Below are positions 40,631-50,846 of a DNA stretch of 64,000 bases, in pieces. The notes under the pieces were generated by a model that saw nothing but the letters and a program-made list of their open reading frames with translations, searched no databases and had not been told where the DNA came from. The stretch is from NCBI GenBank assembly GCA_038087875.1, contig JAXLNO010000051.1, positions 620,001 through 684,000 on the forward strand, read 5' to 3'. Both the position numbers and the translations under genes were made by a program. The stretch comes from Malacoraja senta. Its lineage: Eukaryota. Within the stretch, counting starts at the first letter, position 1. Every line of letters starts with the position of its first letter.

Positions 40631-41969
40631 AAGCGACAACATTTCAGGAGACGAAAAGCGACAAAAGTTCGGCACACGAAAAGTGATGTTCATGACGTGA
40701 AAAGCGACGAAAATTCAGCATGCAAAAAGGGACGAAAATTCTGCACGCGAAAAGCGACGAAATTTCAGGACGTGAAAAGCGACGAAATTTCAGCATACTA
40801 AAAGTGACGAAAATTCACCATGCGAAAAGCGATGAAAATTCAGCACGAGAAAAGTGGCGAAATTTCACGACGTGAAAACCGACGAAATTTCAGCATAATA
40901 AAAGCGACAAAAATTCACCATGTGAAAAGCGACGAAACTTCAGCACGTGAAAAGTGACGATCCTTCAGGACATGAAAAGCGACGAAATATCAGCACACGA
41001 AAAGCGACAAAAATTCAGCACACAAAAAGTGATGAAATTTCAAAAAAAGGAAAAGTGCCGAAATTTCAGCACACAAAATGCGACGAGAATTCAGCATGCG
41101 GAAAGCGACGAAACATCAGGACGCATAAAGCAACGAAATTTCAGAACGTGAAAAGCGGAAAAATTTCATAACGTGAAAAGCAGCGAAATTTCAATACACG
41201 AAAAATCGACGAAAATTCAGCATATGAAAAGCGACGAAAATTCAGCACGTGAAAAGAGAGGAACCTTCAGGATGTTAAAACGAACTAAAATTCTGCACGC
41301 GTAAAGTGACGGAAATTCCGCACGCGAAGAGTGACTACATTTCAGAACGTGAAAAGCAACAAAAATTCGGCACGCGAAAAGTGACGTAATATCAGGACGA
41401 ATAAAGCAATGAAATTTCAGGACATGAAAGGCGACGAAATTTCAGGACATGAAAGGCGACGAAATTAAAAGCGACGAAAATTCAGCATGCGAAAAGCGAC
41501 GAACCTTCAAGATGCGAAAAGCGATGAAAATGAAGCACACAAATAGCGACGAAAATTCAGCAAGCAAAAAGCGACAAAAATTCAGCACGCGAAAAGCAAC
41601 GTAATATTAGGACGAGTAAGGCGACGAAATTTCAGCACGCGAAAAGCGACGGAAATTCAGCATGCAAAAAGCGACGAACCTTCAAGACGCGAAAAGTGAT
41701 GAAAATGAGACCCGCAAAAAGCAACGGAAATTCAGCATCCAAAAAGCGACTAAAATTCAGCACGTGAAAAGCAATGTAATATCAGGACGAATAAACCGAC
41801 GAAATATCAGGATGTGAAAGTCGAAGAAATGTCAGGACATGAAAGGCGACGAAATTTCAGCACGCGAAAAGCGACGTAAATTCAGCCTGTGAGAAGCGAC
41901 GAAAATTCAGCCTGTGAAAAGCGATAGAAATTCAGCACATGAAAAGTGACGAACCTTCAGGACGCGAAA

Positions 41970-43459
41970 TGCCGGAGGATTGGCGTACTGCGCATGTTGT
42001 TCCGTTGTTTAAAAAGGGTTCGAAGAGTAAACCTAGCAATTATAGACCTGTTAGTTTGGCGTCAGTGGTGGGCAAATTAATGGAAAGGATACTTAAAGAT
42101 AATATATATAAGCATCTGGATAAACAGGGTCTGATTAGGAACAGTCAACATGGATTTGTGCGTGGAAGGTCATGCTTGACTAATCTTCTTGAATTTTTCG
42201 AAGAGGTTACTAGGGAAATTGATGAGGGTAAAGCAGTGGATGTTGTCTATATGGACTTCAGTAAGGCCTTTGACAAGGTTCCTCATGGAAGGTTGGTTAA
42301 GAAGATTCAATTGTTGGGTATTAATGGTGGAGTAGCAAGATGGATTCAACAGTGGCTGAATGGGAGATGCCAGAGAGTAATGGTGGATGGCTGTTTGTCA
42401 GGTTCGAGGCCGGTGACCAGTGGGGTGCCTCAGGGGTCTGTGTTGGGTCCACTGTTGTTTGTCATGTACATCAATGATCTGGATGAAGGTGTGGAAAATT
42501 GGATTAGTAAGTATGCAGATGATACTAGGATAGGTGGTGTTGTGGATAATGAAGTAGATTTTCAAAGTCTACAGAGAGATTTAGGCCATTTGGAAGAGTG
42601 GGCTGAAAGATGGCAGATGGAGTTTAATGCTGACAAATGTGAGGTGCTACATCTCGGCAGGACAAATCAAAATAGGACGTACACGGTAAATGGGAGCGAA
42701 TTCAGGAATGCAGTTGAACAGAGGGATCTAGGAATAACTGTGCATAGTTCCCTGTAGGTGGAATCTTATGAAGATAGGGTGGTAAAGAAAGCTTTTGGTG
42801 TGCTGGCCTTTACAAATCAGAGCATTGAATATAGAAGTTGGGATGTAAAGTTAAAATTGTACAAGGCATTGGTGAGGCCAATTCTGGAGTATGGAGTACA
42901 ATTTTGGTCGGCTAATTATAGGAAGGATGTCCACAAAATAGAGAGAGTACAGAGGAGATTTACTAGAATGTTGCCTGGGTTTCAGCAACTAAGTTACAGA
43001 GAAAGGTTGAACAAGTTAGGTCTTTATTCTTTGGAGCGCAGAAGGTTAAGAGGGGACATGATAGAGGTCTTTAAAATTATGAGCGGGTTAGACAGAGTGG
43101 ACGTGGATAAGCTTTTCCCATTGAGAGTAGGGAAGATTCAAACAAGGGGACATGACTTGAGAATTAAGGGACAGAAGTTTAGGGGGAACATTAGGGGGAA
43201 CTTCTTTACTCAGAGAGTGGTAGCTGTGTGGAATGAGCTTCCAGTGGAAGTGGTGGAGGCAGGTTCGATGTTATCCTTTAAAAATAGATTGGATGGGTAT
43301 ATGGACGGGAAAGGAATGGAGGGTTATGGTCTGAGTGCAGGTAGATGGGACTAGGGGGAAGTATTTATTTTTAATTTAAAAAAAAAAAATCGGCACGGAC
43401 TTGAAGGGCCGAGATGGCCTGTTTCCGTGCTGTTATAGTTATATGGTTATATGGTTATA
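41970..43459 (+). mobile_element. 5'-truncated CR1 (element A family): RT domain to 3' tail
   Basis: Starts at tgccggaggattggcg (PEDWRTAHVV), colinear with element A from about 17124. Contains YADD. One in-frame TAG at 42755-42757, ORF2 stop at 43354, (GGTTATAT)n tail. Confidence 0.95.
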
Positions 43460-43461
43460 AG

Positions 43462-43630
43462 GTATCAGACTGTATCTCCGTGGGTCCAGTGTATCAGACT
43501 GTATCTCTGTGGGTCCAGTGTATCAGACTGTATCTCCGTGGGTCCAGTGAACCAGACTGTATATCCGTGGGTCCAGTAAACCAGACTGTATCTCCGTGGG
43601 TCCAGTGTATCAGACTGTATCTCTGTGGGT
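43462..43630. repeat. 29-bp minisatellite (GTATCAGACTGTATCTCCGTGGGTCCAGT), about 5.8 copies
   Basis: Units start at 43462, 43491, 43520, 43549, 43578 and 43607. Confidence 0.93.
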
Positions 43631-43719
43631 TCACTGCCCGCCTGTGCCCGCTCCACCCGCTGCCCTGGGAGGTGCGTTCCTGACCCGCCTCACGTTGTGC
43701 GTTGTGTTGTGTGTGTCAG

Positions 43720-43870
43720 GTGGCTTCACACGGAGATCATGTTTGCGGTGGCACAGAAGAAGTGGCTGCACATCTACAACAACCAGGGCATCGAGCTGCA
43801 CTGCGTGAAGAAGTTCAACGATGTCCTCCGCATGGGATTCCTCCCCTACCATTTCCTGCTGGCAACCTGC
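43720..43870 (+). CDS. WDR46: Single 151-bp coding exon of WD repeat protein 46 (UTP7/BING4, SSU processome); probably an orphan copy
   Basis: Encodes [50 protein letters not shown], recognised from memory as the WDR46/Utp7 segment ([18 protein letters not shown]....LEFLP.HFLLAT). Flanked by acceptor tgtgtcAG (43718-43719) and donor GTGAGT (43871-43876). No other exons seen in the window. Confidence 0.85.
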
Positions 43871-43896
43871 GTGAGTTCCTCCAGCCCTCATTGCCC

Positions 43897-43990
43897 CTCA
43901 CTCACCCACCCATTCACCCACTCACTCACCCACTCACTCACTCACCCACACACTCACTCACCCACCCACTCACCCACTCACTCACTCACC
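43897..43990. repeat. (CACT/CACC)n tetranucleotide repeat in intron-like sequence
   Basis: ctcactcacccacccattcacccactcactcacc... Confidence 0.92.
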
Positions 43991-44057
43991 CACGGAATTG
44001 AATGGCCGAGATGGCCTGTTTCCGTGCTGTTCTGGTTATATGGTTATATGGTTATAT
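43991..44057 (+). mobile_element. 67-bp CR1 3' terminus (stem-loop plus (GGTTATAT)3 tail only)
   Basis: CACGGA (43991-43996) and TCCGTG (44021-44026) form a stem around gagatggcctgtt. Matches the ends at 18523-18589 and 43394-43459. Confidence 0.9.
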
Positions 44058-45548
44058 GAAAAGCGACGAAATATCAGGACGAATAAAGCAATGAAACTTC
44101 AGGACATGAAAGGCGACGAAATTTCAGGACATGAAAGGAGACAAAATATCAGCATGCGAAAAGCGACGAAAATTCGGCATGCTAAAAGCGACGAACCTTT
44201 AAGATGCGAAAAGCGATGAAAATGAAGCACACAAACAGCGACGAAAATTCAGCAAGCAAAAAGCGACAAAAATTCAGCACGCGAATAGCGACGTAATATC
44301 AGGACGAATAAGACGACGAAAATTCTGCATGCAAAAAGCAACGAACCTTCAAGACGCGAAAAGTGATGAAAATTAGACCCGCAAAATGCAACGGAAATTC
44401 AGCATGCAAAAAGCAACAAAAATTCAGCACGTGAAAAGCAACGTAATATCAGTACGAATAAACCGACGAAATATCAGGATGTGAAAGGCGACGAAATTTC
44501 AGCACGCGTAAAGCGACGAAAATTCAGCCTGTGAGAAGCGACGAAAATTCAGCCTGTGAAAAGCGATGAAAATTCAGCACATGAAAAGTGACGAACCTTC
44601 AGGACGCGAAAAGCGACGATAATTCAGCACTTGAACAATGACCAAAATTCAGCACGTGAAAAGAGACGAACATTCAGCATGCGAAAAGCAACGAAATTAC
44701 AGGAGGCATAAAGCTACGAAATTTCAGAACATGAAAAGCGACGAAATTTCAACACACGAAAAGCGAAGAAAATTCAGCACGCGAAAAGTGACGAACCTTC
44801 AGGACGCGAAAGGCGATGAAAATTTAAAATGTCAAACGCGACGTAATTTCAAGATGCGAAATGCGACAAAAGTTCAGGATGCATGAAGCGACAAAATTTC
44901 AGGAGACTAAAAGCCACAAAATTTCGGCAGACGAAAAGTGATGAACCTTCACGACGTCCTGCAATTTCGTCACTTGTTGCGTGCTGAAATTCTGTCGCTT
45001 TTCGTGTGCTGATATTTCGTCGCTTTTCATGTCCTGAAGGATCGTCACTTTTCCCGTGCTGAATTTTCGTCGCTTTTCACATGGTGAATATTCGTCGCTT
45101 TTATTAGGCTGAAATTTCGTTGCTTTTCACGTCCTGAAATTTCGCCACTTTTCTCGTGCTGAATTTTCGTCGCTTTTCGCATCGTGAATTTTCGTCGCTT
45201 TTATTATGCTGAAATTTCGTTGCTTTTCACGTCCTGAAATTTCAACACACGAAAAGCGACGAAAATTCAGCATACGAAAAGTGACGAAAATTCAGCACGC
45301 GAAAAGAGAGGAACCTTCAGGACGTTAAAACCAACTAAAATTCTGCACGCGTAAAGTGACAGAAATTCCACACGCGAAAAGTGACTAAATTTCAGAACGC
45401 GAAAAGTGACAAAAATTTAGCACGCAAAAAGCGATGAAAATTTAGCTTGCAAAAAGCAACAAAAATTCATCACGCGACATAATATCATGACGAATAAAGC
45501 AACGAAATTTCCGGAAGTGGAAGGCAACGAAATTTCAGGATATGAAAG
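44058..45548 (+). repeat. 25-bp satellite array, segment 4, with an internal inversion at 44954-45243
   Basis: Monomers read in reverse complement (ctgaattttcgtcgcttttc) only between 44954 and 45243. Confidence 0.95.
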
Positions 45549-45876
45549 ACATAGAAACATAGAAAGTAGGTGCGAGAGCAGACCACCAGGCCCATCGAGC
45601 CCGCACCGCCATTCGCTCATGGCTGAACACTAAACAGACACCCTTACCCACAAACAGTAGACACAAGACACAGAACACAAGACACTACCCTCCCCTTTAT
45701 ATCGCTATCACCCCTGTCCACCCCAAGAACCGCGTGATCTCCTGGGGGAGGCAAAAAAACGGATAAAAACCCAGGTCCAATTCGGGAAAAAAATCCGGGA
45801 AATTCCTCTCCGACCCCAATCCAGGCGATCGACACTTGTCCAGGAGATCACTCAGGTCTTACTATACTAACCATAC

Positions 45877-48680
45877 CTAGGTCCATATCCCTGCCCTCTC
45901 CCCGTAGCCCCTTATCCCCTTGGCAGCTAAAAAACCATCTATTTCAGACTTAAATATATTTAATGTTTCTGCTTCCACTGCTCCCTGGGGCAGTGAATTC
46001 CATAAATTAACCACCCTCTGGGTGAAGAAGTTCTTCCTCATCTCAGTTTTAAAAGAGCCCCCTCTTATTCTACAACTATGTCCCCTAGTTCTAGTTTCCC
46101 CGATCATTGGGAACATCCTCGGTGCATCCACCCGATCAAGGCCCCTCACGATCTTATATGTTTCAATGAGATCGCCTCTCATTCTTCTAAACTCCAAAGA
46201 GTAGAGTTCCAGCCTACTTAACCTTTCCTCATATGTCAATCCCCTCATTGCAGGAATTAATCTTGTAAACCTTCGCTGCACTGCCTCCAGGGCCAGTACA
46301 TCCTTTCTTAAGTATGGACCCCAGAACTGTACACAGTATTCCAAATGTGGTCTCACTAATACTGTGTACAGCTGCAGCAAGACCTCCGTGTTTTTATACT
46401 CAATCCCCCTAGCAATAAAGGCCAAAACTCCATTGGCCTTCCTGATTGCTTGCTGCACCTGCATACTAACTTTTAGTGATTCATGCACTACTACCCCTAG
46501 ATCCCTTTGCGTTGCATTACAACGCAGCTCCACCTCATTTAGAAAATAACTTGCCCTATCATTTTTTTTCCCAAAGTGAATGACTTCACATTTATTAGTA
46601 TTAAATTTCATCTGCCAAGTTGTTGCCCACTCACCTAGCTTATCTATATCCTTTTGCAGACTCTTGCTATCCTCCTCATCCCCTACTTTTCCTCCCATTT
46701 TTGTATCGTCCGCAAATTTTGATATATTATACTTGGTTCCCTCCTCCAAATCATTTATATAAATTGTGAACAACTGGGGTCCCAGCACCCACCCTTGCGG
46801 AACCCCGCTAGATACCGGTTGCCATCCCGAGTATGAACCATTTATCCCCACTCTCTGCTTCCTATTTGTTAGCCAATCCTCTACCCATGCTAATATATTA
46901 CCCCCAATCCCATATTTTTTTATTTTTAGCAATAGTCTCTTATGTGGCACCTTGTCAAAAGCCTTTTGGAAGTCCAAGTATACCACATCCACCGGTTCCC
47001 CTTTATCCACCCGGGTTGTTACTTCCTCAAAGAATTCGAGCAGATTCGTTAAACAGGACTTCCCCTTCACAAAACCATGCTGGTTCTGTCCGATGAAGTC
47101 ATGTTTATCCAAGTGCCCCGTTAGTGTTTCTTTAATAATTGTCTCTAACATTTTACCCACCACCGATGTTAGACTAACCGGTCTATAGTTACCCGCCTTT
47201 GTTTACTTCCTTTTTTAAATATAGGTGTTACATTGGCCATTTTCCAATCCACTGGGACCGTTCCTGCCTCCAGGGAGTTTTGGAAAATTATCACCAATGC
47301 ATCCACAATCCCCACCGCTATCTCCCTCAAGACCCTTGGATGTAATCCATCAGGCCCAGGGGATTTATCCTCCTTCAGTCTCATTAATTTCCCTAATACC
47401 ACCTCCTTGGTGATCTTAGTAGTATTTAGCTCCTCCATTCCTACCGCCCCCTGTTTATCCAGCGTTGGAATATTTTTTGTGTCTTCTATGGTGAAGACTG
47501 ATACAAAATACTCGTTTAATGCCTTTGCCATTTCCATGTTCCCCACCAACAACTCTCCAGTCTCACCCTCCAATGGACCAACGTTCACCTTAGCCACCCT
47601 TTTTCTTTTTATATAGCTATAAAAACTCTTACTATTAGTTTTTATGTTGTTCGCTAAATTCCTTTCATAGTCTATTTTCCCCGTCTTAATTAATCTCTTA
47701 GTTATTTTTTGCTGACCTTTAAATGCTTCCCAATCCTCTACCCTCCCACTATCTCTAGCTACCTTATATGCCCTTGCCTTCAGCCGAATACTATCCTTTA
47801 TAGTTTTACTGAGCCATGGCTGACTGTTCTTTCCCTTACCCCTTTTTTTCTTCATAGGAATAAATTTTTCTTGAAGGTTATACAGTAGATCCTTAAACGT
47901 ACACCACTGCTCATGTACCGTCTTATTCTTGAGTCTGCTATCCCAGTCAACTTTGATCAGCTCAGTCCTCATACCTTCATAATCCCCCTTATTTAGACTA
48001 AGTACCCTAGCCTGAGTTTCAACCTGCTCCCCTTCTATTTGAATATGGAATTCGACCATATTGTGGTCACTTGTTCCCAACGAGTCCCTAACTATGACAT
48101 TTTTAATTAATCCTGCTTCATTACACAGGACCAGATCCAAGATTGCCTCCCTCCTTGTCGGTTCTGTGACATACTGTTCTAGGAACCCGTCTCTAATACA
48201 TTCTATAAACTCTTCCTCTAGTCTACCCTGCCCAGTTTGGTTTGCCCAATTAATATGAAAATTGAAGTCCCCCATGATTACAGCAGTTCCCTTTTTACAT
48301 GCGTCAACTATTTGCAGATTTATGTTCTGACTAACAGCGTCACAGCTATTTGGAGGTCTATAAATTACACCCACTAGTGTTTTTTTCCCCTTGTTATTCT
48401 CTATCTGTACCCAAGCTGTTTCACTACCCTGATCCTTCAACGCAATATCCTTCCTCTCTATTGCCGTTATTCCCTCCCTTATTAAAAGGGCCACCCCTCC
48501 TCCCTTTCTTTCCTGTCTATCTTTTCTAATTGTCGAGTACCCCTCTATATTTAACTCCCAATCCTGATCCCCTTGCAGCCATGTCTCCGTAATGGCCACG
48601 ATATCATAACTATATGTACTTAATTGCACCGTTAATTCATTTATCTTATTTCGAATACTCCGTGCATTTAGATACAGCAC
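45877..48680 (-). CDS. CR1 ORF2p (APE endonuclease plus RT), with one frameshift near 47199
   Basis: 503-aa and 428-aa ORFs carry YLNARS, TETW, YRPP, GDFN, SDHN, DFQKAFDKV and FADD (46705-46716). The true start may lie further upstream. Confidence 0.92.
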
Positions 48681-48858
48681 TTTCAGATGATTTTTACTAC
48701 CCTTCCTTTCTGTTTTGCCCCTTTTACATCTAGAGCTTTATCTTCACACATTCTGGATCCTCCTGTCACATTTTGATTTTCCGTTTCCCCACTGATACCC
48801 TGCTCTATTTCCTCTACCCCTGCCGTTATTACCCCCCTTGATACCTCCCCCCCGCTAC

Positions 48859-49811
48859 TTAGTTTAAAGACCTCTCTACTGCCCTAGTTATATGATTTGC
48901 CAGGACCCCAGTCCCAGCACCGTTCAGGTGAAGTCCGTCCTTACAGAACAGATCCCCCTGTCCCAGTACTGGTGCCAGTGGCCCAAGAAACCAAACCCAT
49001 TTTTCCCACACCAGTCTTTGAGCCACGCATTCAGCTTTTTAATTTTTCGTACCCTCGCCGATTTGGCCCGTGGCTCAGGTAGCAATCCGGAGATCAGCAC
49101 CCTCGAGGTTCTGCTTTTTAATTTATTCCCTAACTGCTCAAACTCGTTCAGCAGATCCTCCTTCCTCGTCCTTCCTATGTCATTGGTCCCCACATGGACC
49201 ACGACCACTGGATCCTCCCCCTCACTCTGCAAATTTCTCTCCAGCATCGCAGAGATATCCTTAACCCTAGCACCGGGTAGGCAACACAGCCTTCGGGACA
49301 TGTTCTGCTGGCCGCAGAGAACCTTATCTACCCCCCGAATAATACTATCCCCTATCACCACGGCATTTCTTCTAACTCCCCCCTCTTGAATGGCCCCCTG
49401 ATCCACGGTGCTGCAGCCAGGTTGCTCATCCCTCCCACAGCCCCTGATCCCGTCCTCACATTGAGTAAGAGCCTCGCTCATGCTCGTCAGGGACAAGGGC
49501 TGTGGCTCCTGCCGCATCTCCTCCTGGTTCCCCCTACCTGCCTCGCTTATGGCCACACCTTCCTTTCCCTGCTCACTAACTACTGAATTAGTTAAACTGG
49601 TCGGTGTGACCATCCCCTGGCACAAAACATCCAGGTAATGCTCCCCCTCCCTGATGCACCGCAGCGTATGAAGTTGGGTCTCCAGCTCATCAATGCGGAG
49701 CTCGAGTTCCGCTACCTTCAAACACTTACTGCAGCTGTAGGGATCATCTACATCAATGGTGTCGACAATTTCCCACATCTCACAGTATTGGCACATCTCC
49801 TGGCCGCCCAT
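48859..49811 (-). CDS. CR1 ORF1p (zinc finger/leucine zipper plus SGNH esterase), with one frameshift near 48956
   Basis: CQYC..CSKC, LELRIDELETQL, IGDSI and HVGTND. The DGLHLN block continues in the adjacent frame to TAA at 48859-48861. Confidence 0.9.
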
Positions 49812-50846
49812 CTTATATAAGTAATTAACTGGTCCTATTAAGAATCCCCTACCCGGATTACTGTATTAAAACACCCCTTATTTATATAATCCTACCTCCT
49901 ATAAATGGGAAAGTACTTACCCCAGCCGTAAATTACCTACTGGTTTGGCTGTCTAGTGGTAATTCCGTCCGCTCTTTCTGTCTGGTCCACTGCTCCCTTG
50001 CAGTGCGTGGCCTACCTCTTAGCCCCTGTTAGCCTCTCGAGCCGCGGCTCCGTCCTTCCTCCCTCGGCGACAACCCTGGGCCGCATCTGTGGCACCTGTG
50101 GCACCGCGGTCGTGACGTCCCTTCCGTTCCAACTGCCACTGATTACTCGCTGCACTCTGATTACCTCGCTACACTCTGATTACCTCGCTGCACTCTGATT
50201 GCTGCCTAACAGAACTGATCCTGAATCTATTGAACATTCAGGATTTCGTTACGACGAAATTTCAGCACACGAAAAGCGACGGAAATTCAGCTTGTGAGAA
50301 GTGACGAAAATTCAGCCTGTGAAAAGCGATGAAAATTCAGCACATGAAAAGTGACGAACCTTCAGGACACGAAAAGCGACGATAAATCAGCACTTGAACA
50401 ATGACCAAAATTCAGCACACGAAAAGAGACAAATATTCAGCATGCAAAAAGCAACGAAATTACAGGAAGCATTAAGCGACGAAATTTCAGAACATGAAAA
50501 GCGACGAAATTTCAACACATGAAAAGCGAAGATAATTCAGCACGCGAAAAGTGACGAACCTTCAGGACGCGAAAGGCGACGGAAATTTGAAATGTCAAAC
50601 GCGACGTAATTTCAAGATGCGAAATGCAACAAAAGTTCAGGATGCATGAAGCGACAAAATTTCAGGAAACTAAAAGCCACAAAATTTCGGCACACGAAAA
50701 GTGGTGAACCTTCACGACGTGAAAAGCGATGAAAATTCAGCACGTGGAAAGCGTCGAAAATTCTGCATGCGAAAAGCGACGAAATTTCAGGTTGTGAAAA
50801 GCGACGAAATTTCAGCATAATAAAAGCGACGAAAATTCACGATGCG

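Larger units (their letters stand above)
18590..41969 (+). repeat. 25-bp satellite array, segment 3 (interrupted by CR1 fragments at 30338 and 40175)
   Basis: Same monomer and orientation throughout. Confidence 0.96.
45549..50251 (-). mobile_element. Full-length, nearly intact CR1-clade LINE (element B), (TTTCTATG)n tail
   Basis: 5' UTR about 49812-50251, ORF1, ORF2 and a 3' UTR of about 330 bp with GGTGCG...CGCACC stem. The flanks rejoin into a satellite monomer. Confidence 0.96.

Noticed and set aside
41939..42757. Satellite-RT fusion protein (MKSDEPSGRE joined to the RT)
   Set aside because: A chance in-frame junction. The RT lacks the endonuclease, has an internal stop, and no promoter is evident.
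43625..44059. 144-aa ORF as a complete gene
   Set aside because: Only 43720-43870 is WDR46-like. The rest is intron-like DNA, (CACT)n and CR1 tail read in frame.
45920..49820. Plus-strand ORFs overlapping element B (and minus-strand ORFs over element A)
   Set aside because: Antisense shadows of the LINE coding sequences, with no independent motifs.
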